Shown here in pieces: positions 1 through 8,509 of a stretch of 64,000 nucleotides of DNA. A program made the position numbers and the translations under genes. This DNA comes from an uncultured delta proteobacterium (lineage in GTDB: Bacteria; Myxococcota_A; Polyangia; Polyangiales; Polyangiaceae): positions 2,016,001-2,080,000 of the forward strand of contig CAWAIF010000003.1 in assembly GCA_963782055.1 (NCBI GenBank), given 5' to 3'. Position 1 is the stretch's first letter. Each line of letters begins with the position of its first letter. Below the pieces are notes generated by a model, which searched no databases, was not told the origin of the DNA, and saw nothing but the letters and a program-made list of their open reading frames with translations.

Positions 1-30
1 ACGGCCTCGCGGTCGGGTATAGGTTGAGGC

Positions 31-1440
31 ATGTCGCGGGGCGCGCAGCTCGTGGCCGGCGCCCTGGCGCTGGGTCTCGCCGGCCTCCTGGCGGAGGCTT
101 GCTCGCGCGCCTCCTCGTCCAGTCCGGAGTGTCCGCCCGTGACGTCCGCCACCGCGCCGTCCTCCGCGGCCGCGCCCGCCGCCCCGGCGCCTCGCTGGCC
201 GGATCTGCCGCGCGGCCTCCCCGCCACCGAGCGCCTCGTCGCCTCGCAGGTCCTCCGGCCGGAGCCCACGTCCTCGGTCGCGCGCACGCCAGAGGCCATC
301 TCCGCCGCCGCGCAGGACACCGCGCACGTGGTGACGGGCTACGACGCGATGGCCGCGGTGCTCGACCAGTGGCTGGAGGCGGACCACCACCCCGCCTACC
401 TCCTCTTCGGCACGATGCACGACGCACCGTCGCACCTCACGGCGTTCCGCCGCGTCACCTCGCGCATGAAGAACCTCTGGGCGGTGGGCCTGGAGCAGCT
501 CCGCGCCGCGGGCGAGTGGCGCGCGGCACCGGCGAGCGTCACCGCCGACGACGCCGATCTGGACGCCTTCTTCGCCGGTGACCGCGGCGCGCTGGAGCGC
601 CTGGGCGGCAGGCAGCGCATGCTCGACTACGCGGCGTGGAAGTTCGGGTACGTGGCGGAGGTGGAGGACGAGATCATCGCGGCGCGCGGCGCGGGCACCC
701 CGGCGCTCGGCTGCGACATGCCGCCGGAGCTACGCAAGGCGGTGCTCGCCGGCGCCGCCGACGGCGGGGACACGCTCTCCCACGCGCGCGAGCTGCACTG
801 CGCGCTGGCGGTGCGCACGCGCCTCGCCGCCCTCGCCGCGCGGCACCCGGAGGGGGCCGAAGACGACGATCCGGCGCCCGCCCGCGTGGCCATGCTGGTC
901 GGGGCCCTGCACGCCGAGCCGAGCGGCCTGCCCCGCTTCCTGCCGCCCGACGCGCGCGTGCGGTCCATCTACGTCTATGGCGGCCGTCCGTCGGACGACG
1001 ACCCGGCTCGCGACGAGCTCGCCGCGGGAGGCCTCCTGGTGACCGCGCCGCTCCTCCTCCCGCTCTCTCGCGACAAGGCGCAGCGGGAGTGGGCGCTGCT
1101 CCTTCCCACCGCCGCGGCGGCGGCGCGGGTGGACCGGGTGCACGACGCCGACGCGAAGGAGGGGGCGCGCCGTCGCGCCGCCGTCCACCGCGATCCCGCC
1201 CTGCCGCCGGTCACCCTCTTCGTGACGGTGGCCGAGCCCGCCACGGTGTCCATCGCCAACGCGCGGGTGGAGGTCGGCCCGCAGGGGGAGTGGCTCAGCC
1301 TGCGGGGAGGCCTGCACGCCTTCGACATCCGGGGCGCGGCCGGCCACGTGCTGGGGGCGGTGCGGGTGCCCTTCACCGGGCACGTGGAGCTGCGCGTCTC
1401 CCTCGCGACGCCGAGCATCGCGGTGACCGACTACGAGTGA
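31..1440 (+). CDS. Putative lipoprotein with ChaN/EreA-like (Tiki superfamily) domain
   Basis: Hydrophobic N-terminus ending in a Cys (LLAEAC). Motifs LLFGTMHD..SH, VGLEQ and MLVGALH resemble ChaN-like GExH / lE / vGxxH motifs. TAGGTT -10 lies 5 nt before the ATG. Confidence 0.5.
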   Translation: MSRGAQLVAGALALGLAGLLAEACSRASSSSPECPPVTSATAPSSAAAPAAPAPRWPDLPRGLPATERLVASQVLRPEPTSSVARTPEAISAAAQDTAHVVTGYDAMAAVLDQWLEADHHPAYLLFGTMHDAPSHLTAFRRVTSRMKNLWAVGLEQLRAAGEWRAAPASVTADDADLDAFFAGDRGALERLGGRQRMLDYAAWKFGYVAEVEDEIIAARGAGTPALGCDMPPELRKAVLAGAADGGDTLSHARELHCALAVRTRLAALAARHPEGAEDDDPAPARVAMLVGALHAEPSGLPRFLPPDARVRSIYVYGGRPSDDDPARDELAAGGLLVTAPLLLPLSRDKAQREWALLLPTAAAAARVDRVHDADAKEGARRRAAVHRDPALPPVTLFVTVAEPATVSIANARVEVGPQGEWLSLRGGLHAFDIRGAAGHVLGAVRVPFTGHVELRVSLATPSIAVTDYE

Positions 1441-1495
1441 TCGTCACGCGCACGGGCCATCTCCGGCCTTGGAAGTTTGCTAGGCTGCCGGCCCC

Positions 1496-2260
1496 ATGGA
1501 CTACGTCGACCCCTCGCTCCCCCGAGAGATGTTCGGGTGGGAGAGCCCTCGCCTCGGCATCCACATGCCCATCGTCCGCTACGGGAACTGGGGCCACCCG
1601 CTCATCCTCTACCCCACCGCGCAGGCCGACCTGCTCGACTGCGAGCGCTTCTACCTGATCAAGGCGCTCGAGCCGCTGCTCTTCGCCGGGCGCGTCACCG
1701 TCTTCGCCATCAACAGCATCAACGAGCACGCGTGGGGCCAGCGCGGGCTCCCCGTCGCCGAGAAGGCGCGGCGTCAGGCGCTGTACTCGGGGTACGTGGA
1801 GGAAGAGGTGGTGCCGCACATCCGCCGCTGCGTGCAGGACGAGAGCGCGCGCATCGGCGTCACCGGGGCGAGCTTCGGGGCGTTCCACGCCGCCAACCAG
1901 TTCTTCCGCCGGCCGGACCTCTTCGACACCCTCATCGGCATGAGCGGCCTGTACGACCTGCGCACGCACTACACCAACGGCTTCTCCAGCGACGACCTGT
2001 ACTTCAACAACCCGCCCAGCTTCGTCCCGGGGATGAACGACGGGCGCATGCTCGACCTCATCAAGCACCACAGCCAGATTCACATCCTGACGGGGCAGGG
2101 GCAGTGGGAGCACCCGGAGGCGTCGGTGGAGTTCTCGCGCCTGCTCTGGGCGCACGGCATCTGGAACAACCTGGACATGTGGGGACACGACATGAAGCAC
2201 GACTGGCCCACCTGGCGGCAGCAGCTGCCGTACTACCTGGCGGAGCGCGTCGGATGGTAG
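1496..2260 (+). CDS. Alpha/beta-hydrolase esterase family protein (COG4947-like)
   Basis: GASFG nucleophile elbow, YGNWGHP N-terminal motif and C-terminal HDWPTW (catalytic His). Confidence 0.85.
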   Translation: MDYVDPSLPREMFGWESPRLGIHMPIVRYGNWGHPLILYPTAQADLLDCERFYLIKALEPLLFAGRVTVFAINSINEHAWGQRGLPVAEKARRQALYSGYVEEEVVPHIRRCVQDESARIGVTGASFGAFHAANQFFRRPDLFDTLIGMSGLYDLRTHYTNGFSSDDLYFNNPPSFVPGMNDGRMLDLIKHHSQIHILTGQGQWEHPEASVEFSRLLWAHGIWNNLDMWGHDMKHDWPTWRQQLPYYLAERVGW

Positions 2261-3216
2261 CCAGCAGCAGCCCTTCGGCGCTCCGGGTGGGCCTGCTCGT
2301 CGGGCGCGAGCGCACCTTCCCGGAGGCGCTCATCGCCGAGATCGCGAAGCGCGGGGCGGGCGTCACCTGCGAGTACGCCGAGTTCTCGGCGCCGCGCGCC
2401 CACGAGCCGCCGGCCTGGGCGGTCCTGGTGGACCGCATCTCGCACGAGATCCCGTGCTACCAGCCGTACCTCAAGCTGGCCGCGCTTCACGGGACGCGGG
2501 TCGTCAACAACCCCTTCTGGCGCATCGCCGACGACAAGTTCTTCAACGTGGCGCTCGCCGGGCGACTGGGCGTCGCCGCGCCGAAGACGGTGCTGCTGCC
2601 GTCGAAGGCCTACGGCGACGACGTCAACGGCGCCTCGCTGGAGCGCAACATGCGCTACGTCGACTGGGAGGCGCTCGTGGCGGAGCTCGGCCTGCCCCTG
2701 TTCGTCAAGCCGCACTGGGGCGGCGGCTGGCGCGACGTGCACCGCGTCACGTCGAAGGAGGAGCTGCTCGGCGTCTACGACCGCAGCGGCCGCACCACCC
2801 TCATCGTGCAGGAGGCCATCGAGTGGACGCAGTACACGCGGTGCATCGTCATCGGCCAGCGTGACGTGCGCGTGGCGCTATGGGACCCGCGCCTCTCCCA
2901 CTTCGACCGCTACGCGCGCGCGGCCGAGACGATGCCCGCGCTCGACCCGGCCCTGAAGGAGCGTGTCGCCCACGACGCCCTGCTGCTGAGCCAGGCGCTC
3001 GGCTACGACATGAACACGGTCGAGCTGGCGATCAAGGACGGCGTGCCGTACGCCATCGACTTCATGAACTCGGCGCCCGACTTCGACATCTCCTCGCTGG
3101 GGGAGTCGCACTTCGCGTGGACGGTGGCGCGGATGGCCGACCTCTGCATCGACGGCGCGCGCGACCGGGGCCACGCGCGCTTCCGCTGGGACGATCTGTT
3201 GCGGGGCTCGAGGTGA
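2254..3216 (+). CDS. ATP-grasp amide ligase (RimK/glutathione synthetase-like), paralogue A
   Basis: ATG at 2254 overlaps the esterase stop. Motifs DRISHE, DDKF, PLFVKPHWGGGW, IVQEAI and ELAIKDGVPYAIDFMN. Confidence 0.85.
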   Translation: MVASSSPSALRVGLLVGRERTFPEALIAEIAKRGAGVTCEYAEFSAPRAHEPPAWAVLVDRISHEIPCYQPYLKLAALHGTRVVNNPFWRIADDKFFNVALAGRLGVAAPKTVLLPSKAYGDDVNGASLERNMRYVDWEALVAELGLPLFVKPHWGGGWRDVHRVTSKEELLGVYDRSGRTTLIVQEAIEWTQYTRCIVIGQRDVRVALWDPRLSHFDRYARAAETMPALDPALKERVAHDALLLSQALGYDMNTVELAIKDGVPYAIDFMNSAPDFDISSLGESHFAWTVARMADLCIDGARDRGHARFRWDDLLRGSR

Positions 3217-3217
3217 C

Positions 3218-4447
3218 ATGGACCGCCACAGGCGCGACGCGTTCAACGCGCAGGACACGGACGCCCTCTTCGCGCGCTACCGCGACACGCTGACGGCGCA
3301 GCTCGGGCCGTTCCCCTTTCGCCTCGCCGAGACGCCGCTCTTCCTCTCGCGCACGCTGCGCGAGCACCTGCGCCAGTCGGCGGTGGAGATCGTCGGGCAG
3401 CTCACCCGGCCGGCGACCCACGTCGAGCTGATGAAGGCGATCCCCGCGCACTACGCCGCGCCGGGGATGGACGCGCTGCCCGACTGCGTGCAGGTGGACT
3501 TCGCCCTGGTGCGCGGCCCCTCCGGCGAGATCGAGGGCAAGCTGGTGGAGCTGCAGGCGTTCCCGTCGCTCTACGCGCTGGAGACGGTGGAGGCGGACGC
3601 GTGGAACGAGACGCTCGGCGCGGTGCCCGGGCTGGAGGGCGAGTGGACGTGCTTCTTCTCGGAGGACCGCGCGGCGTCGCTGGCGCTGATGCGCGGCGCC
3701 ATCCTGGGCGGCCTCGCGCCGGAGGAGGTGGCGCTCGTCGACTTCCAGCCGATGTCGCAGAAGACCGCGCCGGACTTCGCCGCCACCAAGCGGCTCTTCG
3801 ACGTGGACGCGGTGTGCGTCACCGAGATCGAGCGCGAGGGCAGGCGCCTGTTCCGCAAGAAGGACGGCCGGCGCGTGCCGCTGCGGCGCATCTACAACCG
3901 GATGGTGTTCGACGAGCTTGAGGCCAAGAAGGTGCCGGTGCCCTTCGGCTGGAACGACGAGCTGGACGTGACCTGGTGCTCGCACCCCAACTGGTACTGG
4001 GTCTGGTCCAAGTACTCGATGCCCTACCTCGACCACCCGGCGGTGCCGCGCGCGCGCTTCCTCTCCGACCTGGGCGAGCTGCCGGAGGACCTCACCGGCT
4101 ACGTGCTCAAGCCGCTCTTCTCCTTCGCCGGGGCGGGGGTGATCGTCGACGTCACGCGGGAGGCGATCGAGGCGGTGCCGGCGGAGCGGCGCGGTCAGTA
4201 CCTGCTTCAGGAAAAGGTGCAGTATGCATGGACCATCCGCATGCCCGGCGCGGCGGAGCCGCTGGAGGCGCACAACGCGGTGAAGGCGGAGGTGCGGGTC
4301 ATGCTGATGCGCGGGGGCCCGGGCAAGCCGCTGGAGGCGCTGTTGCCGCTGGTGCGCCTCTCACGCGGCAAGATGCTGGGCGTGGACCAGAACCGCGACG
4401 CCGAGACGCGCTGGACCGGCGGCGCCGTCGGCATCTGGACGATGTGA
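3218..4447 (+). CDS. Circularly permuted ATP-grasp ligase (glutathionylspermidine synthase/CP-ATP-grasp-like)
   Basis: The metal-binding VDF...LVELQAFPS segment is N-terminal while VLKPLFSFAGAGV, LLQEKV and EVRVM are C-terminal, the order expected for a permuted ATP-grasp. Confidence 0.7.
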   Translation: MDRHRRDAFNAQDTDALFARYRDTLTAQLGPFPFRLAETPLFLSRTLREHLRQSAVEIVGQLTRPATHVELMKAIPAHYAAPGMDALPDCVQVDFALVRGPSGEIEGKLVELQAFPSLYALETVEADAWNETLGAVPGLEGEWTCFFSEDRAASLALMRGAILGGLAPEEVALVDFQPMSQKTAPDFAATKRLFDVDAVCVTEIEREGRRLFRKKDGRRVPLRRIYNRMVFDELEAKKVPVPFGWNDELDVTWCSHPNWYWVWSKYSMPYLDHPAVPRARFLSDLGELPEDLTGYVLKPLFSFAGAGVIVDVTREAIEAVPAERRGQYLLQEKVQYAWTIRMPGAAEPLEAHNAVKAEVRVMLMRGGPGKPLEALLPLVRLSRGKMLGVDQNRDAETRWTGGAVGIWTM

Positions 4448-4611
4448 ACGACCTCGGACGCCTGCGGCCTGAGAGGATGCCCGGGGGGCGGTCGGGCCTC
4501 TCTGACGACGCGGCGGACGCGCAAGGCCGGCTCTCGCCGCGGGGCTGCGCCCGGCGCCCACAGATCCTCCCGGCTCGCTGGAACGTGGCCCGGCGGCCTG
4601 CGGGGACCTGG

Positions 4612-5208
4612 TCACGCCCTCGGCGCGGCCAGCGCGAGTGCACGATCGAGCTCGCGCTGGCGCTGCGCGCGTTGCTTCTGGGCGTGGCGGGCGCGGTCGC
4701 AGTCCCGTGAAACCCAGAACCCGTACTCCGCACGCCGGTCCAGCGTCGCCTCGTCGCCGAATCCGAGCCGGATGCGCATGCAGAGCGCCTCGAGGTGTCT
4801 GCGCGCGCTGGCGCACCGCCGCGGGTCGGGCCAGCGCCGCTCGCCCGGCGCAAGCGCGCCGTCCAGCGCGAGCCCCACGTGCCCCACGAGCACGAGCCCG
4901 TAGTACGCCCGCCGGATGCGCCGACGCCCCTCGGGCGTGAGCGCGACGATGACCTCGCGCCCGTCACGCCGCCGGGTGACGAGCCCGATCGTCTCGAGCG
5001 ACCGCATCATCTCGCTGATGGTGGCCCGCGCCACGCCGAGCCCGCGCCGCAGGTCGCTCTGGAAGTGTGCGCACCCCGTCCCGAGCCGGTAGAGCGCATC
5101 GAGCACGTCGAACCGTGCCGCCGTCAGCCCCATCGCCCGGAGCGCCCGCCGCGTGAGCCGGAGCGTCGCGTAATAGGCCCGCTTGATCGTGAAGAACACA
5201 GGATCCAT
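4612..5208 (-). CDS. MarR-family winged-helix protein, 198 aa, with C-terminal extension
   Basis: GLTAARFDVL...QSDLRRGLGVARATISEMMRSLE.IGLV.R...V.LTPEG is a MarR wHTH pattern. Start MDPVFF is shared with copy 2. Confidence 0.8.
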   Translation of the reverse strand: MDPVFFTIKRAYYATLRLTRRALRAMGLTAARFDVLDALYRLGTGCAHFQSDLRRGLGVARATISEMMRSLETIGLVTRRRDGREVIVALTPEGRRRIRRAYYGLVLVGHVGLALDGALAPGERRWPDPRRCASARRHLEALCMRIRLGFGDEATLDRRAEYGFWVSRDCDRARHAQKQRAQRQRELDRALALAAPRA

Positions 5209-5220
5209 CCCCGCCCCCCA

Positions 5221-5236
5221 AGCACCCCCCATGCCA
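5221..5236 (-). promoter_or_regulatory. Sigma-54 (-24/-12) promoter of MarR copy 1
   Basis: The minus strand reads TGGCATGGGGGGTGCT (GG-N10-GC), identical in copy 2. Confidence 0.7.
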
Positions 5237-5267
5237 CCCCCCCCTCCCCCACCGACTCCCGCGGAAA

Positions 5268-5299
5268 CGTCGGAGTGCAAGGACCCTTGCACTTCGACG
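5268..5299. repeat. 32-bp near-perfect palindrome upstream of MarR copy 1
   Basis: CGTCGGAGTGCAAGG-AC-CCTTGCACTTCGACG: 15-bp arms with one mismatch. Confidence 0.9.
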
Positions 5300-5409
5300 G
5301 TTGGTGTCCAGGGACAGAAAGGGGGGACAGGGGGGACAGGGGGGATTCGAGTGGCGGCGAAGGCAGACGGAGCCGATTGAGCGGCGCTTCAGGTCGAGGT
5401 CACATCCTC

Positions 5410-6513
5410 TCAGATTCCCTTCATCGTCTCGGCGATGAGCCAGTCGACGACGGCCTTCACGTCCTTCGTCTTCTCGAAGACCTCGATCTGCCGGTGGGCG
5501 CTCGTGCCCTGGCGCTGGATGTCGATCGCCTTGCGCACCTCCTCGGTCGTGCCGAGGGCGTCGGAGGCATCGCTCACGAAGTCCACCAGCTCCACGATGA
5601 GATCGCCGAAGGGGCGCTCCTCCTTGCGGCCGAAGTCGATGAGCTTGGCGTCGGTGCCGAAGCGCACCGCGCGCCACTTGTTCTCCTCCATCAGGCTGCG
5701 GCCGTAGGAGCGCCACTGCGTGTTGCTCCGGTACATCATGTACAGCTTTGCCATGAGCGCCTGGATGAGCGCCACCAGCGTGATGGTGTGGTCCATCTGC
5801 GTGGGCATGTCGCAGATGCGGATCTCCACGGTGTCGTACACGTGGTGCGCGCGCACGTCCCACCAGATCTTCTTGCCGTCGTCGATGCACCCCGTCTTGA
5901 TGAGGAGCTTCACGAAGTTCTGGAAGGTCTCGTAGCTCTCGAACTCGTCGGGGATGCCGGTGCGCGGGAAGCGCTTGAAGATCTGCGAGCGCATGCTCAT
6001 CAGCCCGCCGCGGCGCCCGAGCCAGAAGGGCGAGCTGGTGGAGAGCGCGAGCAGGTGCGGCAGGAAGTAGCGCACCTGGTTCTGCAGGGCGATCGCCACC
6101 TCCTTCTCCTTGATGCCGACGTGGACGTGCATGCCGAAGATGAGGTTGGCGCGCGCGACGTCCTGCAGGTCCTCGACGATGGTGTGGTAGCGCTGGTTGG
6201 GGCTGATGTCCTGCGTCTTCCAGTCGCTGAAGGGGTGGGTGGAGGCGGCGACGATGCGCAGGCCGCCCTTGCGCGCGAGCTTGTCCAGCTCCCCGCGCAT
6301 CTCGACCAGCTCGCTCCTCACCTCGCCGACGTTCTTGCAGACGCCGGTGCCCACCTCGACGACCGACTGGTGCATCTCCATGCGCACGCGCTCGCGCAGG
6401 AGCGACTTGCCGTCCTCCAGGAGGCGCGAGATGTAGCTCCGGAGCTCCCGCGTCTCCGGGTCGACGATCTGGTACTCCTCCTCGACGCCGAGGGTGAACT
6501 GGTCGTCCAGCAT
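5410..6513 (-). CDS. ybdK: Carboxylate-amine ligase, YbdK/GCS2 (glutamate-cysteine ligase 2) family
   Basis: FTLGVEEEYQIVD, ASTHPF, GMHVHVG, LALSTSSPFW, WWDVR and TVEIRICD. Start 6513 follows TG-T-TATCCT. Confidence 0.92.
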   Translation of the reverse strand: MLDDQFTLGVEEEYQIVDPETRELRSYISRLLEDGKSLLRERVRMEMHQSVVEVGTGVCKNVGEVRSELVEMRGELDKLARKGGLRIVAASTHPFSDWKTQDISPNQRYHTIVEDLQDVARANLIFGMHVHVGIKEKEVAIALQNQVRYFLPHLLALSTSSPFWLGRRGGLMSMRSQIFKRFPRTGIPDEFESYETFQNFVKLLIKTGCIDDGKKIWWDVRAHHVYDTVEIRICDMPTQMDHTITLVALIQALMAKLYMMYRSNTQWRSYGRSLMEENKWRAVRFGTDAKLIDFGRKEERPFGDLIVELVDFVSDASDALGTTEEVRKAIDIQRQGTSAHRQIEVFEKTKDVKAVVDWLIAETMKGI

Positions 6514-6549
6514 GACCGGCGAGGATAACACGCCCGGCCCGCGCGCGTG

Positions 6550-7518
6550 TCAGGCGGCGGACCCCCCCGTGCGCCTGGGCCGGGCCGTCTCGCCCTGCTC
6601 CAGGTAGCGGCGGTATGCGTAGTCGCCGGAGTGGCCGCGGCCCTCGCGGGCGCAGGCGATGCAGAACTTCGCCATCTCGTCGACGACCATGTGAAAGTGC
6701 TTGGGGAGGATCGCGTTGACGTCGAAGTCCGGCGCGGGGTTGGTGAAGTCGATGGCGTACGGCACGCCGTCCTTGCAGGCGAACTCCACCGAGTTCATGT
6801 CGTAGCCGAGCGCGTGGTTGAGGGCGTAGGCGCCGTCCATCACCTTCTGCTCCAGCGCCTTGGGCATGAAGGGGCCGTCGTTCTCCAGGTAACAGCGCCG
6901 CCGCGGGTCGTACTGGATGGGGAGCACGAACTCCCGCCCCACGCACACGCACCGGATGTACTCGTCGAAGTCGATGAACTGCTGCAGGGTCATCACCAGC
7001 TCCCCCGTCTGGTCGTAGGTGCGGAGCAGCTCGTCCATGTCGTTGACGCGGAAGACGTTCTTCCACCCGCCGCCGTCCGCCGGCTTGAGGATGGCGGGGA
7101 AGCCGACGTAGTCGGCGATGGCGTGCCAGTCGAGCGGGTACTCCAGGTTGCGCAGCGAGCGCGAGGGGTCGATGCCCGGGATGTACTGCTTCTGCGGGAG
7201 CATCACGGTGCGCGGCACCGCGACGCCGATCTTCGACGCCAGCGAGTAGCCGAACATCTTGTCGTCGGAGCTCCACCAGAAGGGGTCGTTGATGACGTAC
7301 GTCCCCGCGAGCGCCGCGTTCTTCAGGAAGAATCGGTAGAAGGGCACCTCGTGGCTGAGGCGGTCGACGATGACCGCGTGGGTGCGCTCGTAGTGCTCGG
7401 TGATGCCCCCCACCTTGATGAGCTCCGCCTGGAAGCCCGGGGTCTCGCTCACCTTCGCGATGAAGGCCGGCGGGAAGGTGTTCTCCATGCCGACGATGAG
7501 GCCGATCCGCTCCGTCAT
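6550..7518 (-). CDS. ATP-grasp amide ligase, paralogue B
   Basis: DRLSHE, DDKM, FPAILKPADGGGWKNV, LQQFI and EFACKDGVPYAIDFTNPAPD; clearly homologous to 2254-3216. Confidence 0.88.
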   Translation of the reverse strand: MTERIGLIVGMENTFPPAFIAKVSETPGFQAELIKVGGITEHYERTHAVIVDRLSHEVPFYRFFLKNAALAGTYVINDPFWWSSDDKMFGYSLASKIGVAVPRTVMLPQKQYIPGIDPSRSLRNLEYPLDWHAIADYVGFPAILKPADGGGWKNVFRVNDMDELLRTYDQTGELVMTLQQFIDFDEYIRCVCVGREFVLPIQYDPRRRCYLENDGPFMPKALEQKVMDGAYALNHALGYDMNSVEFACKDGVPYAIDFTNPAPDFDVNAILPKHFHMVVDEMAKFCIACAREGRGHSGDYAYRRYLEQGETARPRRTGGSAA

Positions 7519-7544
7519 GCGCCCGAAGCTAGCAGAAGGGGAGC

Positions 7545-8450
7545 TCAGACGGCGACGTCGAACTCGGCCATGTTCTGACGGGGCTCTTCCAGGGGACGCC
7601 AGTCGCGGGAGCGGGCGAGCTCGTTGAAGCGGTAGGTCATCCAGCCGGGGATGAGCAGGGCGAAGGTCTTAGCAAGCCGCTCGGGGTTGCCGAGGCTCTT
7701 GACCATGCGCTCGTAGAGCGTCTTGCCGTACGCGTCCTCCACGGCGGCCTTGTGCTCCGGCTTCTCGATCCAGGCCATGACGCCCGGCTTGTCCGCCTCG
7801 GGGTGGAACTGGGTGCCGGACACCCCGTCGGCGAAGTGCAGGCCGAGGAGGGCGTCGCCCTTGTACGCGCCGCCCTCCGCCGTCTCCTTGGCGAGCAGCT
7901 TGCCGCCCAGCTCGGCGAGCCGCTTCTCTTCGAGGCCGACGGCCTCCCAGTTGCGGTGCTCCCAGCAGAAGAGGCGGTAGCCGAAGGGGCGCAGGAAGTC
8001 GGCGCCCTCGCCCTCGCGCGTCATGTACGCGGGCATCAGCCCGAACTTGAGGGACTCCCGCGGCTCCATGCGCGCCACGCCGAAGTGCAGCACCAAGAGC
8101 TGGAAGGAGTGGCACACCGCCATCACCTTCGGCGAGTCGTGGGGAGCCTTCAGGTTGCGCTCCACGACCCGGTCCAGAAACTTCCGGTACCCGGTGCACC
8201 ACGCGTCCTCGTAGCCGTCGAAGGGCGAGCCGGGGCCGCCGGAGGACAGGACCATGTCCACCTCGTCGTCGGGCAGCTCGCCCAGGTTGCGCGGCTGGAC
8301 GTGCCGGAACGTCACCTCCATGCCCGGGTTGCGCTCCTTCGCCCGGTGGGAGAAGGAGTCGACGAGGCGCCGGAAGCAGCGTGTCGCCTGGTTGGCGACG
8401 CCGTTGTTCATGTCGACGAGGCAGATGCGCAGCCGCTGCGTGGAGGGCAT
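7545..8450 (-). CDS. Stand-alone class-I glutamine amidotransferase-like protein
   Basis: SSGGPGSP oxyanion strand, AVCHSFQ nucleophile Cys and TQFHPE (His-Glu). Confidence 0.88.
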   Translation of the reverse strand: MPSTQRLRICLVDMNNGVANQATRCFRRLVDSFSHRAKERNPGMEVTFRHVQPRNLGELPDDEVDMVLSSGGPGSPFDGYEDAWCTGYRKFLDRVVERNLKAPHDSPKVMAVCHSFQLLVLHFGVARMEPRESLKFGLMPAYMTREGEGADFLRPFGYRLFCWEHRNWEAVGLEEKRLAELGGKLLAKETAEGGAYKGDALLGLHFADGVSGTQFHPEADKPGVMAWIEKPEHKAAVEDAYGKTLYERMVKSLGNPERLAKTFALLIPGWMTYRFNELARSRDWRPLEEPRQNMAEFDVAV

Positions 8451-8509
8451 ACTTTCCGAAACGCTAGCAAATGCCGCGCTTTTTCGCTAGCAGCATTGCT
8501 CGACACCCC

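Larger units (their letters stand above)
4610..5344 (-). repeat. Dispersed MarR cassette, copy 1 (homologous to 52923-53671)
   Basis: The CDS and about 135 bp of upstream DNA align by eye with copy 2; similarity ends just after the stop (TGACC). Confidence 0.9.

Noticed and set aside
4610..5344. Classical IS or MITE
   Set aside because: No transposase, terminal inverted repeats or target-site duplication was found, so it is kept only as a dispersed cassette.
2254..7518. RiPP (graspetide/microviridin) biosynthetic cluster
   Set aside because: No precursor peptide with repeated core motifs and no exporter; the YbdK and GATase partners do not fit.
7545..8450. guaA/trpG/carA housekeeping amidotransferase
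   Set aside because: No synthetase domain or partner subunit is nearby; it sits within the ligase cluster.
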